From the NCBI GenBank assembly GCA_041946735.1, contig JBHGAY010000016.1:63157-127156 (forward strand): DNA of 64,000 nucleotides, read 5' to 3'. A program made the translations under genes and the position numbers. Below the pieces are notes generated by a model. It was given only the letters and a program-made list of their open reading frames with translations, had not been told where the DNA came from and ran no database searches. Position 1 is the first letter of the stretch, and the number at the start of each line of letters is the position of its first letter. This DNA comes from Candidatus Eiseniibacteriota bacterium. GTDB lineage: Bacteria; Eisenbacteria; RBG-16-71-46; CAIMUX01; VGJL01. Shown piece after piece: positions 1 to 10,119 of the stretch.

Positions 1-249
1 CCAGGATCTCTCCGAGCTCGTGAACGAGCGACCGGCGATCTCCACTTCGGCGATCCGCCTGGCTTCCGACCCGAAGGGCAGAGGCGATACCAAAGCACTC
101 GTCGAGTTCTCGGCTCACAGGTATGATGGCGGGCCGAGTCGAACGAAATTCGTCCCTTCCGGGTCGGCTCGTCATTGCCAATCCCGTGAACCGAGAGGTT
201 CCGGCCAATCCCGATGAAGAAGATTCCAGAAGATAAGGAGTAGTTCCGC

Positions 250-1800
250 ATGCCCCTTCGCAATCGCGTTCGCTCACTTTCCATCGCGGCGATCCTCTGC
301 GCCGTCTCGACTCTCGGTTCGATAACGGTCGCGGCCCCCATCGGAACGGAGATCACGTATCAAGGCGCGCTGCAAGACGGGGGATCGCCCGCGAATGGCT
401 CGTATGATTTCCGCTTCCGTCTGTTCGATGCTATTTCCGGCGGGAATCAGGTTGGATCTGGTGTCGCGGTCGAGAACCTGGCCGTGGCAAACGGCGTCTT
501 CACGGCCGTCATCGACTTCGGCCAAAACGGATTCGGCCCGGACGGCCGCTGGCTCGAAGTCGGAGTCCGCCCCGGTGCCGATTCCGATCCCGCTCCCTAC
601 ACGATTCTGACTCCCCGGCAACAGGTAACGGCGTCGCCCGTCTCCCTGTTCTCTCTGGGGTCGGGCGACAATCACTGGTCACAGAACGGTAGCGCCATCA
701 CGAACAACAACGATGGTTTCGTGGGCATCAACCGATCGACCAGGGTGACGACTTCGGAGTACTTCGGCGTTCAAGCGGCCACCAACGGCTATGGCGGAAT
801 GTACATGGCGACCGACGGGGCGGAAGGTCTGCCATTCTATGGTTATTCCACGGGAGCCAGGAGCGCGTGGACCTACCTGGATGGGGCCAACGGGAACTGG
901 TTCGTGCACAACGGGGCCGACCGGGTCGTCGTCACGAGCACGGGAGAGGTCGGCATTGGAACACTCTCGCCGGACTACCGTCTCGAGGTGACGTCCGGCG
1001 ACGGAGACGCCATCCATGGATCGACCACCGCGGCATTCTCGGCCGGCATTTCGGGCACGGGAACGACTGCGGGGGTGAGCGGGATTTGTGGCACGAGCAA
1101 TGGGTCCGGGGTCTTCGGCCAGAACAACAGCGCGTCGGGGACGGGTGTCCGAGGCGAAACCAGTGGGAACAGCGGAGCGGGTGTTGCCGGCTATGCCCCG
1201 TCGGGAACCGGCGTGTACGGCCAGACGAGCACCGGCTATGCCATCTACGGCAGCAACGGCGGCAGCAACCTGAGCGGCTACGCCGGCTACTTCAACGGGC
1301 GAGTGCACGTCGCGGGGATTCTCTCCAAGGCGAGTGGGTCGTTCAAGATCGATCATCCGCTGGACCCGTTGAACAAGACCCTGAGCCACTCGTTCGTGGA
1401 GAGCCCTGACATGATGAACATCTACAACGGGAACGTCACGACCGACGAGAAGGGACTTGCCCGTGTGGATCTCCCGGGATACTTCGAGGCTCTCAATCGC
1501 GACTTCCGCTATCAGCTCACCGTCCTCGGAGAGTTCGCGAATGCAACGATCGCGGAGGAAGTGAAGGACAACTCGTTCGTGATTCGCACCGACAAGCCCA
1601 GCGTGCGTGTGTCTTGGCAGGTGACAGGCATTCGGCACGATGCCTGGGCGGCCGCGCACCCGATAGTCGTGGAAGAGGAGAAGTCCTCGGCAGAGCAGGG
1701 ACACTACATAAATCCCGGCGCCTACGGCACGGCAGATCTCGGAAGCGAGATGGCGACGCCTGCCGCCGATGCGGTCTCCGCCGCGGGGACGGCCCGATGA
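250..1800 (+). CDS. Secreted fibre/adhesin-like protein: N-terminal TYQG domain, Gly-rich G-V-x-G repeats, C-terminal FKIDHPLDP (tail-fibre chaperone-like) region
   Basis: 516-aa ORF, AAGGAG RBS, signal peptide (..STLGSITVAA), ITYQGALQDGG..YDFRFRLFD..WLEVGVR..LTPRQ domain, GVxG repeats, GSFKIDHPLDP..LSHSFVESP; no CTD. Confidence 0.75.
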   Translation: MPLRNRVRSLSIAAILCAVSTLGSITVAAPIGTEITYQGALQDGGSPANGSYDFRFRLFDAISGGNQVGSGVAVENLAVANGVFTAVIDFGQNGFGPDGRWLEVGVRPGADSDPAPYTILTPRQQVTASPVSLFSLGSGDNHWSQNGSAITNNNDGFVGINRSTRVTTSEYFGVQAATNGYGGMYMATDGAEGLPFYGYSTGARSAWTYLDGANGNWFVHNGADRVVVTSTGEVGIGTLSPDYRLEVTSGDGDAIHGSTTAAFSAGISGTGTTAGVSGICGTSNGSGVFGQNNSASGTGVRGETSGNSGAGVAGYAPSGTGVYGQTSTGYAIYGSNGGSNLSGYAGYFNGRVHVAGILSKASGSFKIDHPLDPLNKTLSHSFVESPDMMNIYNGNVTTDEKGLARVDLPGYFEALNRDFRYQLTVLGEFANATIAEEVKDNSFVIRTDKPSVRVSWQVTGIRHDAWAAAHPIVVEEEKSSAEQGHYINPGAYGTADLGSEMATPAADAVSAAGTAR

Positions 1801-2342
1801 GATCCGCGCCGATTGTCCTCGCCGTCTTGGCGGCCTTGTCGGTGTTCAGCGGTGCCGGACAGGCTGAGGTCGCTATGCAGCGCTTCACGATGGACGGCGG
1901 GGGTGGGACCAGCTCTGGCGGAACGTACGCGCTGAGCGGAACGATTGGGCAACCAGATGCAGGAGCGCTGTCCGGAGGAACCTATGCGCTCGCCGGTGGC
2001 TTCTGGTTTGGTGGAAGCGCAACCAGCGGGATCGAGCAGGATCCCTCGCCGGGGAACGGTGCGTGGATCACCGGCATCAGCCCGGCCGCTCCCAATCCGA
2101 TGCGCGGTCAATCCGTCCTTGCTTTCCGCCTCGCCAGGCCGGAAGTGGTGCATCTCGAGATCTACAACATCGGAGGGGAACTGGTGCGCAACCTTTTGCG
2201 TGAGCCGCGTCCGGCGGGATCGTACCGGCTGGTCTGGGACGGGAAGGACGATCGAGGATCCGAGGTCGCGAGCGGGTTCTATTTCGTCCGATTCGTCACC
2301 AGTGAGCATGAGGACACCCAGAAGCTCCTGCTCGTCCGCTAA
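1797..2342 (+). CDS. Small secreted protein with DGGG..SGTIGQ..GGFW domain and FlgD-Ig/T9SS-type C-terminal domain
   Basis: ATG at 1797 overlaps the upstream stop (ATGA); signal peptide MRSAPIVLAVLAALSV; PNPM..IYNIGGELVR..WDGKD..SGFYF..KLLLVR. Confidence 0.8.
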   Translation: MRSAPIVLAVLAALSVFSGAGQAEVAMQRFTMDGGGGTSSGGTYALSGTIGQPDAGALSGGTYALAGGFWFGGSATSGIEQDPSPGNGAWITGISPAAPNPMRGQSVLAFRLARPEVVHLEIYNIGGELVRNLLREPRPAGSYRLVWDGKDDRGSEVASGFYFVRFVTSEHEDTQKLLLVR

Positions 2343-2769
2343 TCGTCGCGTAGACGACGCCGGGAATCCACGGTTCGCCTTCGCGTGCGGAGTTGTCGAG
2401 GGTGGGGGAGTGAAACTCCTTCACCCTCGATCCGTTGTAGTAGTCACGACTTGACCTTAAAGGTCCCCCCCGTGCTCCCGTGCTATTCCGTCGGACGTCG
2501 TCATGGCTTCCTCCTTGTGCCTCTGTTTCGACCACAGAGATCTCTAGCACAGAGGGGAGCGTGACGACACTGGCTCCCCAGGAAGGCCTTCCGCCTTCCG
2601 GAAGGTCAACTGCCAAGCAAGAATCGGACTACCCCAGATGCGTTGCTGGCAGCCCCGGCACATACCTCCCGTACTCAAAAGGCAGGTCATGGTAGAATTT
2701 GCAGCGCGAAACGTGAGTCGTTCGGCAGTAGGTCGGTTCCGTGCGAAACAGGCCGCTTCCGAGGACTCG

Positions 2770-3783
2770 CGTTGCTCGGCGTGTGCTCCAAGAACGTCGC
2801 AGCTCCCGGTTCAATGGTGATCGCCGGGGACCACATCTACGTCTCCAATACATTCAAAGCGGACATCTACAGGATCCTCGCCTCCCATCTTCCGGAGTGG
2901 GTGCGAACCTTCGACGAGGCGTGGATCGACATCGCGGTCCGGGGCTCCCACGCCTATCTGACGAGCGAGGTCGGCTTCTACGGGATCCGGGTGATGGATC
3001 TGTCGACACCAGAGGTGCCGGCCATCGTCAACGATGCCCTGCCAGGACATCGTCCGGGAGATCACGCTGGGAGAGGCGCACGCCTATACGTGCGGCGAGG
3101 GGCAAGGGCCGGATCGTCTCCTGGATGCCCGCGAGGGGCGTGGTCGAAACAATCGCCGGGGACAGCGGATCGTGCACGTCGATGACGTACAGGTAGAACA
3201 GATCCGGCTCTGGGGCAGGCCCAACATTGCCACGCTCCGCGGCGCGGTCCCGGTCTGCGAGGTCGAAGACCCGCAGTACCTCTACATTGGCGGAGAGCGT
3301 CTCACAGTCGTTGATGCGCACGACCCGCTTACCCCGCGTGTTCTCGGGAACCTCGGCCCTCCTAGCGAGGTCAACGCCATCATCGCCCTGGACGAGTACC
3401 TCTTCACGACCGGCGCAGGCTGGCAGGAGGGGCTCGTTGTCCTGCCGGCGCCGTGCAACCCGGCGCATGCGATCGATGACGGCTCGCTCCTCGGTCTTCG
3501 GGACGGTCTGCGCCTCGGCGCTCCATACCCGCAGCCCTCCGCCGCGGGGATCACCATTCCCCTCGATCTGCCTGCCGACGCAACCGCGCGCGCGAACGTC
3601 TACGACGCGGGGGGGCGACTCGTACGCGCGATCGCCACCGCCTCTCTCGGGCAAGGCGGCCGGCAGGACATCGCCTGGGACGGCCGGGACGACGACGGAC
3701 ACCGCGCGCCCGCCGGGGTCTACCTGGTGCGTGTCCGCGCGATGGGAATCGAGGCGACGTGCACCGTCGTACTCGCGCACTGA
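2770..3783 (+). pseudogene. Disrupted LVIVD-repeat beta-propeller protein with FlgD-Ig/T9SS-type CTD
   Basis: LVIVD-like units (GSHAYLT..GIRVMDLSTPEVP; YLYIGGERLTVVDAHDP) split by a +1 frameshift near 3048 and by inverted segments at about 3116-3280; intact CTD (VYDAGGRLVR..WDGRD..GVYLV); no signal peptide or clear start. Confidence 0.65.
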
Positions 3784-4017
3784 CGCGCTGACGCCGCGCC
3801 GGCGTGCGCGCGGTCACCGTGGCGAGGGCACGATGCAGGGCCGCCAGAAGAGAATGGCTTTCCGTCCGATGCTGCATCCGGTGATGTCCAGATCCGCGGC
3901 AACACGATCCAGTATCCGAGCCCACGCGGGTCGATCGCGCTAACGAAGAGCGCGGAGGCGGAACTTCTCTCCGTCCCCGCGCTCGTCTGCCGGACGATCG
4001 GGATCCGTGGCCGAATC

Positions 4018-5706
4018 TCAGCGGAGCAGGACGACCGGCCTCCTCGCCACCTCGCTCCCGTCGCGCATCACACGGACGAAGTACACGCCGGCGGGCAGTC
4101 GCGTTCCGTCTGAGTCCCGCCCGTCCCAATGGAACGCGGACTCCGGCCTGTTGCGGAGGAGCCGTCCCGACGCGTCATAGATCCGGATCTCGATCCGGCT
4201 CCCGGGCTCCGTAGAAGAGAAGGCGATGCTCGCGGATCCCTGGAACGGGTTCGGAGCGATCCGCAGTCCCGAGATCCAGGAAGTGTCTTCGTAGATGCCG
4301 GCGGCAGGGCATCCGATCCCGAAGGCGCCGATCAAGCCGCAACCGGGAGGCGACAGGTCGGGCATGCAGGGGGAGTCGCGTTGGAGCGTGAAGTCGTAGG
4401 CGGATGGATCGCAGAAGAGAGGATCCTCACTGATGTTCCCGTCGAGGCCGGTCGGATCCTGACAGACGCCGCCATAGTTGCCGTTCGCATGGCCGTACGC
4501 ATCGTTGCAGTCGAAGTCGATCATGCCCTGCCCGGCGCAGGTGAAGCCGGCTCCCTCGCTTCGGTTTGCATAGACGATGTTGCGGGAGAAGCTGGGGGTG
4601 GAAGCGCCGTAGACGGCGACCCCTCCGCCATCGACAAGGGCGACGTTTCGGGCAATCGTGTTCTCCGCCACGGATCCGTAGCAGTTGTGAAGGAAGAGAC
4701 CGCCACCTTCGCCGCGAATTGGATAGTTCTCGTAGGCGGAGCTGTCGGTGTTGGCGGCGAAGAGGTTCCGCTCGATCCTCACGCCGCACTCGTATGCGTA
4801 GAGAGCTCCTCCTTCTGTCGCGCGGTTCTCGAGGAACCGATTCTCCAAGATCGTCACGTCCCCGCAGCTCTCGAGATAGATTGCTCCGCCTCGTGCGACG
4901 GCGTCTGGTTCGGCCTGCCAGCCGATCGTCTGACAGTCCGCAAAGAGGTTCCGCTCGATCTCGATCCGGCCGGGCACCGAAGATGCCTCAATGGCAGCCC
5001 CTCGTCCCGAGATGCCGTCGTCGCTCATGGCCCTGCAGTGGAGGAAGAGGTTGTCGTGGATCGCCGCGGCGGGGGCGAGCACGTTGACCCCTACGGTTTC
5101 GATGAACTGGTTCGACTCGATCCCAACCCCTCCGGCATCGACCTGCACCGCAGGGTTGGTGTAGAACCAGCGCAACTCGTTCTCTCGCACGATGGCGCCC
5201 GGGCCTCTCACCCAGACGCCGCCCCCCCAGCCGTGGTGTTCGAGATTGTTGTCCTCGATCACGACTTCTGCAGACTCCTCGAGGATCGTGATCGCCCAGC
5301 CCATGAAGCTGACGATGTTGAACCCCTCGATCCGGCTGCGTGATCCATGGACGAGGATCGTCGACTCCCAGTCATCGAGGACGAGCGTCGCCTTGGCCGA
5401 ATAGACGGAGAGCAGCGTCACGTCGGAGCGCGGCATGGTCAGCCCTTGGGCGCCAAGGTCGTAGCCACCGGGCCAGACCGCGACCGTGTCGCCAGGCTGC
5501 GCCAGGTCGAGCGCTTCTTGCACGGTCGGGATCTCGTTCGGGACCTCCCAGGTCTCGGCGTACGCGATCCCGGCCACAAGCGCGAGCAAGGTAAGACAGA
5601 CGGAGAGGCGGTTAAGAGGATGGAGACAATAGAAACGGTGGAAACCACCGAGACAGACAGGGCCGGCGCGAGCCGATCTTGCCGTCGGTCCCGTTTCCTG
5701 GTTCAT
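4018..5706 (-). CDS. Secreted right-handed parallel beta-helix protein with FlgD-Ig/T9SS-type CTD
   Basis: PTVQEALD N-terminal motif, GGA(I/L)Y and F..N repeats, GNISEDPLFC..DSPC..CGLIGA..GC, then PNPF..YDASGR..WDGRD..GVYF; true start uncertain. Confidence 0.8.
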   Translation of the reverse strand: MNQETGPTARSARAGPVCLGGFHRFYCLHPLNRLSVCLTLLALVAGIAYAETWEVPNEIPTVQEALDLAQPGDTVAVWPGGYDLGAQGLTMPRSDVTLLSVYSAKATLVLDDWESTILVHGSRSRIEGFNIVSFMGWAITILEESAEVVIEDNNLEHHGWGGGVWVRGPGAIVRENELRWFYTNPAVQVDAGGVGIESNQFIETVGVNVLAPAAAIHDNLFLHCRAMSDDGISGRGAAIEASSVPGRIEIERNLFADCQTIGWQAEPDAVARGGAIYLESCGDVTILENRFLENRATEGGALYAYECGVRIERNLFAANTDSSAYENYPIRGEGGGLFLHNCYGSVAENTIARNVALVDGGGVAVYGASTPSFSRNIVYANRSEGAGFTCAGQGMIDFDCNDAYGHANGNYGGVCQDPTGLDGNISEDPLFCDPSAYDFTLQRDSPCMPDLSPPGCGLIGAFGIGCPAAGIYEDTSWISGLRIAPNPFQGSASIAFSSTEPGSRIEIRIYDASGRLLRNRPESAFHWDGRDSDGTRLPAGVYFVRVMRDGSEVARRPVVLLR

Positions 5707-5984
5707 GGATGGGCCTCCTTTCCAGGAATCGGTTGCGCGATCAGCCTCCTGCGAGCGGGGATAAGTCTACTCCTCCGGGGCTCCCCGATCCATCAAGCGT
5801 GGGGCTAGCCTCGAGCGAGCCGGCCGGCCAGCGCTCGGGGCCGAACGAAACCCCGGCCTCGCGCTCGCCAGGCCGGGCCCTGCCCGCGCACCATGCGAGT
5901 ACCCCTGATCGATGCAGCAGGTGATCGTTCCAGGTAGGGGGCGGCGGATCCGTTTGTGCAGTGCGCGGAGAGGCTTGGATCATT

Positions 5985-6746
5985 TCAGGCGAACATCGAT
6001 CCCCCTCCCGTGACGTCGAGAATCAACCCCGTGATCCACCCGGCATCGTCGGAAGCCAGGAACAGAGCCGCCCGGGCGACATCCTCCGGCGTCCCCAGCC
6101 TCTGGATCGGATGGACCTGGGCCAATGCCTGCCTCTGCTGCTCAGGAATCCATTGAAGGTTGCGCTCCGTCAGGATCGTTTCTGGGGCGATGCAGTTCAG
6201 GCGGACCCCATGCGGTCCCGCCTGAGTGGCGACGTCCAGCGTCAGGATCTGGACCCCAGCCTTCGCCGCGGCGTACGCGATCGGTGAGCGCGGGTGGGCC
6301 ATTCGTCCACTCGTCGAAGAAATCGTGACGATGTTGCCGCTCCCGCGTTCCTTCATGCCGGGGAGGAAGCTCTTGATCGTGAGGAAGGTCGCCGTGAGAT
6401 TGGCATCGATCGATTCGCGCCATTTCGCTTCGTCGATCTCCTCCAGCGGGCCGGGTGGGATCGGGCTGCCTCCAGCGTTGGCCACGAGGATCCCTACCGG
6501 GCCAAGCTCCTCCTCGATGCGATGGCGCATAGCTTCGATCTCATCGAAGCGTGTGACGTCCGCCGCAACGGTGATTGCGTGGCCGCCGGACTGCTCGATC
6601 TCGGCTCTCACGGCGTTCATCGCCTGTCGATCCCGCCCATGTACGGCGACACGGGCTCCTTCTTCGGCGAATAGCCGTGCGATCGCGGCCCCGATGCCGC
6701 GCGAGCTGCCGGTGACGAGCGCGACCTTGTTCCGCAAACGATTCAT
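5985..6746 (-). CDS. Classical short-chain dehydrogenase/reductase (FabG-like)
   Basis: VTGSSRGIG Rossmann motif, ANAG, YAAAK catalytic motif, RLGTPEDVA..FLAS..ITG; start moved to ATG 6746. Confidence 0.92.
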   Translation of the reverse strand: MNRLRNKVALVTGSSRGIGAAIARLFAEEGARVAVHGRDRQAMNAVRAEIEQSGGHAITVAADVTRFDEIEAMRHRIEEELGPVGILVANAGGSPIPPGPLEEIDEAKWRESIDANLTATFLTIKSFLPGMKERGSGNIVTISSTSGRMAHPRSPIAYAAAKAGVQILTLDVATQAGPHGVRLNCIAPETILTERNLQWIPEQQRQALAQVHPIQRLGTPEDVARAALFLASDDAGWITGLILDVTGGGSMFA

Positions 6747-7042
6747 GGTGGGCCTCTCTTGGTTCTTCCGGGATCTTCCTCCGGGGGAGCGGCATGACAG
6801 AGAGACATCGACCCGATCATCAGAGCGTTGGAGGCTCGGCTCTGTCAACAAAGGCGATCTCGGCGAGACCGATGAGCGAGACTCGATTTGTCACCGATGT
6901 GCCGGTCCCGACGCGCCGGTCGCAACACGGGGCGTCAACGACGCGCGAAGAAGCTCTTCCCCTAGGGGCCAGCTGGCACTAGCCTGAACGCGCGTCCGCA
7001 TGCGTCGGGCATGAGGGCATGGGAAAGGGAGGGGAGGAGAGG

Positions 7043-7624
7043 ATGCCCGAATCGTCCCTCAAGCCGGCCAATCCGGCTCCACTGGGCCTTGTCGGATTCG
7101 GTTTGACGACTGTCGTCCTGAGTTCCATCAACGCTGGACTGCTCAGCCGCGACGCGCTGCCCGCTGTGATCCCGCTGGCGTTCGCCTTCGGCGGGCTGGC
7201 GCAGATCTTCGCCGGCTTCATGGAGTTCAGGAACGGCAACACCTTCGGAACCGTCGCCTTTACATCGTACGGGCTCTTCTGGTGGTGGTTCGCGCTACTG
7301 CACTGGACGATCGGAGCGGGACTGATCCAGGCGCCGTCGTCTACGGGGCTCGGGGTGACGTTGCTGCTCTGGGGAGTGTTCACCCTCTACATGTGGATCT
7401 CGACCTTCCGGTCGGTCTTTGCACTCTGGACAGTGTTCCTGCTCCTCTGGATCACCTTCTTCCTGCTCGCGGGCGGGGACTTCGGATGGGGCACCGGTCG
7501 GTTGGGAGGATGGGTCGGTCTCGTCTGCGGTCTGAACGCGATGTACGTTTCCTTCGCGGAGGTCGCGAATCAGACATTCGGGCGCGCAATTCTGCCGCTC
7601 GGGTCTCCGCTGCTGAAGACCTGA
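7043..7624 (+). CDS. satP: Acetate uptake transporter, GPR1/FUN34/YaaH (SatP) family
   Basis: ANPAPLGL signature, GNTFG..AF.SYG.FW, about six hydrophobic helices, GGAGG RBS. Confidence 0.9.
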   Translation: MPESSLKPANPAPLGLVGFGLTTVVLSSINAGLLSRDALPAVIPLAFAFGGLAQIFAGFMEFRNGNTFGTVAFTSYGLFWWWFALLHWTIGAGLIQAPSSTGLGVTLLLWGVFTLYMWISTFRSVFALWTVFLLLWITFFLLAGGDFGWGTGRLGGWVGLVCGLNAMYVSFAEVANQTFGRAILPLGSPLLKT

Positions 7625-7635
7625 CGGACCCCCGG

Positions 7636-7776
7636 CGGGGATCGCGCGCAGCTCGCGCCGGAGGACCTTGCCGGTCGGGTTGCGCGGCATCGTTTCCAGA
7701 CGAATCACCCGCCGCGGAAACCTGGTGGGGCGCGAGGTCCTCTCGGCAGTAGGCTCGCAGCGCTGTTTTCGTCGAA
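7636..7776 (-). pseudogene. 3'-terminal remnant of an acyl-CoA synthetase (ANL superfamily)
   Basis: Two adjacent frames give ALRAYCREDLAPH / FPRRVIRLETMPRNPTGKVLRRELRA, the C-terminal A10 (P...GK) motif; the rest of the gene is absent. Confidence 0.65.
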
Positions 7777-7952
7777 GCCTTACTGCTCCCTGGAGACCGT
7801 CCACGACTCCGGCCCGACGCGCCACTGCGCGCACGCCCTCGCGGCCTGCGGAATGCGCGCGCCACGATGCGTCGTTGCGCATCCTGGCCGTCCGGACCTC
7901 ATCCTCTCGGTGGCCGGGCAGCTGCGCGATGCCCCGAGTATCGCTGCTCGAG

Positions 7953-8717
7953 CTATGGGCAGTTCGCGTCTCCAGTCCGGCAGAGTTGCCGGTCATCGAA
8001 GTAGTAGCAGCCGCCTTCCGCGCCAGCACGGTACTGGATCGTCCGTCTGCCGCCGCCGGAGTAGCCGACCGTGATGGTGCCCTGTTCCCGGCTTCCCTGA
8101 ATCGCCCAGTTGCCGGCTCCTCCCGACTGGCCCGCGGCCCCCCAAGCCATCGTCTGGTTCCCCAGTCCATCCGTCGAAGAACCGGAGTAGCTCGACTCGC
8201 TCGAGTCGAAGAACTGTCCGTCCGGGCAGAGCGTGATCTTGCTCTCCGTCGATCCTGAATATCCCCAGTAGGTGCCAGCCATCATCTGCGCCAGTTGGGG
8301 ATCGCTCGGTCCGGCATCCACTGTCGGTCCTTTCACGGCGGCATCGAGAGATCCCTTCACATAGTCCATTCTCCCGTCCGACGCGCTCAAATCGATGTCG
8401 AGCCGGACGTTCTTGTCGATGAGGACGACGTCTCGCGTGATCGATCCGACCTGGACCTGATACTTTCCGGCGGGTAGATGATCGAAGCCGTACTTACCGA
8501 ACAGGTTCGTCTGATCGGTCGCGATGGGTTGGCCGGTCGATGCGTCAACGAGGACCACTTGCTCGGACGAAGCCGCTTCCGTTGAAGACTTGCCGACGAA
8601 GCCGCCGATCTTGAGACCGGCGTCTCCGGCGATGCCAGGCTCCGGTCGGGAAGAGCAGGACGCGACAAGCAAGGCAACGGTAAGAAGTCCGACGACGGTG
8701 ACAAGTCTCTCAGTCAT
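7953..8717 (-). CDS. Lipoprotein with a carboxypeptidase-regulatory-like (Cna-B/transthyretin-like) domain
   Basis: ATG 8717 with GGAGG RBS, lipobox LVASC, T...GKYGFDHLPAGKYQVQV motif. Confidence 0.7.
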   Translation of the reverse strand: MTERLVTVVGLLTVALLVASCSSRPEPGIAGDAGLKIGGFVGKSSTEAASSEQVVLVDASTGQPIATDQTNLFGKYGFDHLPAGKYQVQVGSITRDVVLIDKNVRLDIDLSASDGRMDYVKGSLDAAVKGPTVDAGPSDPQLAQMMAGTYWGYSGSTESKITLCPDGQFFDSSESSYSGSSTDGLGNQTMAWGAAGQSGGAGNWAIQGSREQGTITVGYSGGGRRTIQYRAGAEGGCYYFDDRQLCRTGDANCP

Positions 8718-8748
8718 TTTCGGGTCCCTCCAGCCTACATTGGCCGGG

Positions 8749-8764
8749 TGCAAAGATAGTTCCG
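8749..8764 (-). promoter_or_regulatory. Possible sigma54 -24/-12 promoter of the lipoprotein gene
   Basis: CGGAAC-TATCT-TTGCA (GG-N10-GC) about 30 nt upstream of the ATG. Confidence 0.35.
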
Positions 8765-9531
8765 ATCCTGTTGGCCTGGCAAGACAGGGAACCGGCAGAT
8801 AGGGGGCGGCCGACGGTTTCGAGGCCACCGTCGATCGGCGCGACCGTGGTCCTGGTCTTCTCTTCGCTAGATTGAAACGGGAAGCAGGATATCGGTCACG
8901 ATTCCGCGAACGGCGGAAACTGCGTCTGCGTTCGTGGAGGCGCAGAATCGGATCACAGAATCCGAGTCGGAGGCGCCGGGCACTCGTGCTCGTCGTCGGG
9001 TCGACGAACCTGACCGAGGCGGCGCTCGACCGGAACCTGGGGGTCGGCCCTCCGGTCTGCGCCAAGGCGCCGTGCAATTCGGCGTGACCTGGTCAGGACA
9101 GCGCGGGGGACCCGAGCGTTTGGTCTGCCGTCGGCCGGTCCTGCAAGGATCGTCGCAGGGATTGGCGGCACCATCCCCGATCAGACGGTACGATCCTGGG
9201 CCTCTCCCGGCTCGCGGGGCGCGAGGCCTTGGACCGTCGTTGCGCATGCGGCGGAGGATCCTTCCTTTCCGGCAAGGCTGACAAAGACCCGACCACCGGC
9301 GGCCTGACCGACCGCGATCGGTCCCCGGGCTTCCGACTCCCCAACGGCGCCCCTCCGATACTCGTCCCAAAAACCATTTGCATGTTCCGAGGGCCGATCG
9401 CGCATGAGCGATGTTGGACCGGCGCGAATCGACCTCGACTCTGGCTTTGCTCGACCGCGGATCGACCGCGCCACGGGAAATGGGAAACGACCCGTCGAAC
9501 CGAAGGGAATCGGATCGACAAGGAGAAAGAG

Positions 9532-10038
9532 ATGTCGTCTGCAAGGAAGCTCATGACGGTTCTCGGTCTGATCCTGGCGCTTGGCGCTCCGGCGCTGACC
9601 TTCGCGGATACGAACTGGACGGCGCACGGGGCAACCGGATCGCTCGATGAATCGAACATCGATCCCAATGACTTCACCAAGAGCACCGGCGGTCTCGCGC
9701 GGCTGAGCACCTTCACCGGGACGCTGATCGCCTACTGGACGGTCGAGAACGTGGACGCTCCGAACACTCCGACTTGGGACACGCTCTCGCTTCTCAACTA
9801 CGACAACAGCACCTCGGATACCATCCGGGCATATCTGTACCGAATGGACCGAACGACTGGCAATGTCAATCTGGTCTCCTACGTTTCGAGCACCAACTCG
9901 TCTTCGACCAAGTACGACACGGCGACCTTCACGCACAGCTGGGACTTCGACCGCTACACCTACTTCATCTACGCCTATATCAGTGGTTCGGACACCTCCG
10001 CGCAGCCGATCATCCGCGCGCTGACGGTCCGTGACTGA
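9532..10038 (+). CDS. Secreted hypothetical protein (Ser/Thr/Tyr-rich, beta-strand character)
   Basis: AAGGAG RBS, ATG 9532, signal peptide ..LILALGAPALTFA, coding-like codon usage. Confidence 0.75.
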   Translation: MSSARKLMTVLGLILALGAPALTFADTNWTAHGATGSLDESNIDPNDFTKSTGGLARLSTFTGTLIAYWTVENVDAPNTPTWDTLSLLNYDNSTSDTIRAYLYRMDRTTGNVNLVSYVSSTNSSSTKYDTATFTHSWDFDRYTYFIYAYISGSDTSAQPIIRALTVRD

Positions 10039-10119
10039 TCCGGGGACCGGCAATACGAGCCCTGTTGTCGAGATCGAGAGAAGAACGATCCAAAGGGCCG
10101 CAGAAAAGGAAGAACTTCG

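Noticed and set aside
1..118. Possible 5' end of a minus-strand gene (GTG at 118, MSRELDECFG..)
   Set aside because: Too short, no RBS or recognisable motif, and truncated by the window edge.
8780..9500. ORFs or RNA element in the long intergenic region (likewise 34110-34530 and 60720-61180)
   Set aside because: No coding signature or recognisable RNA motif that I can support.
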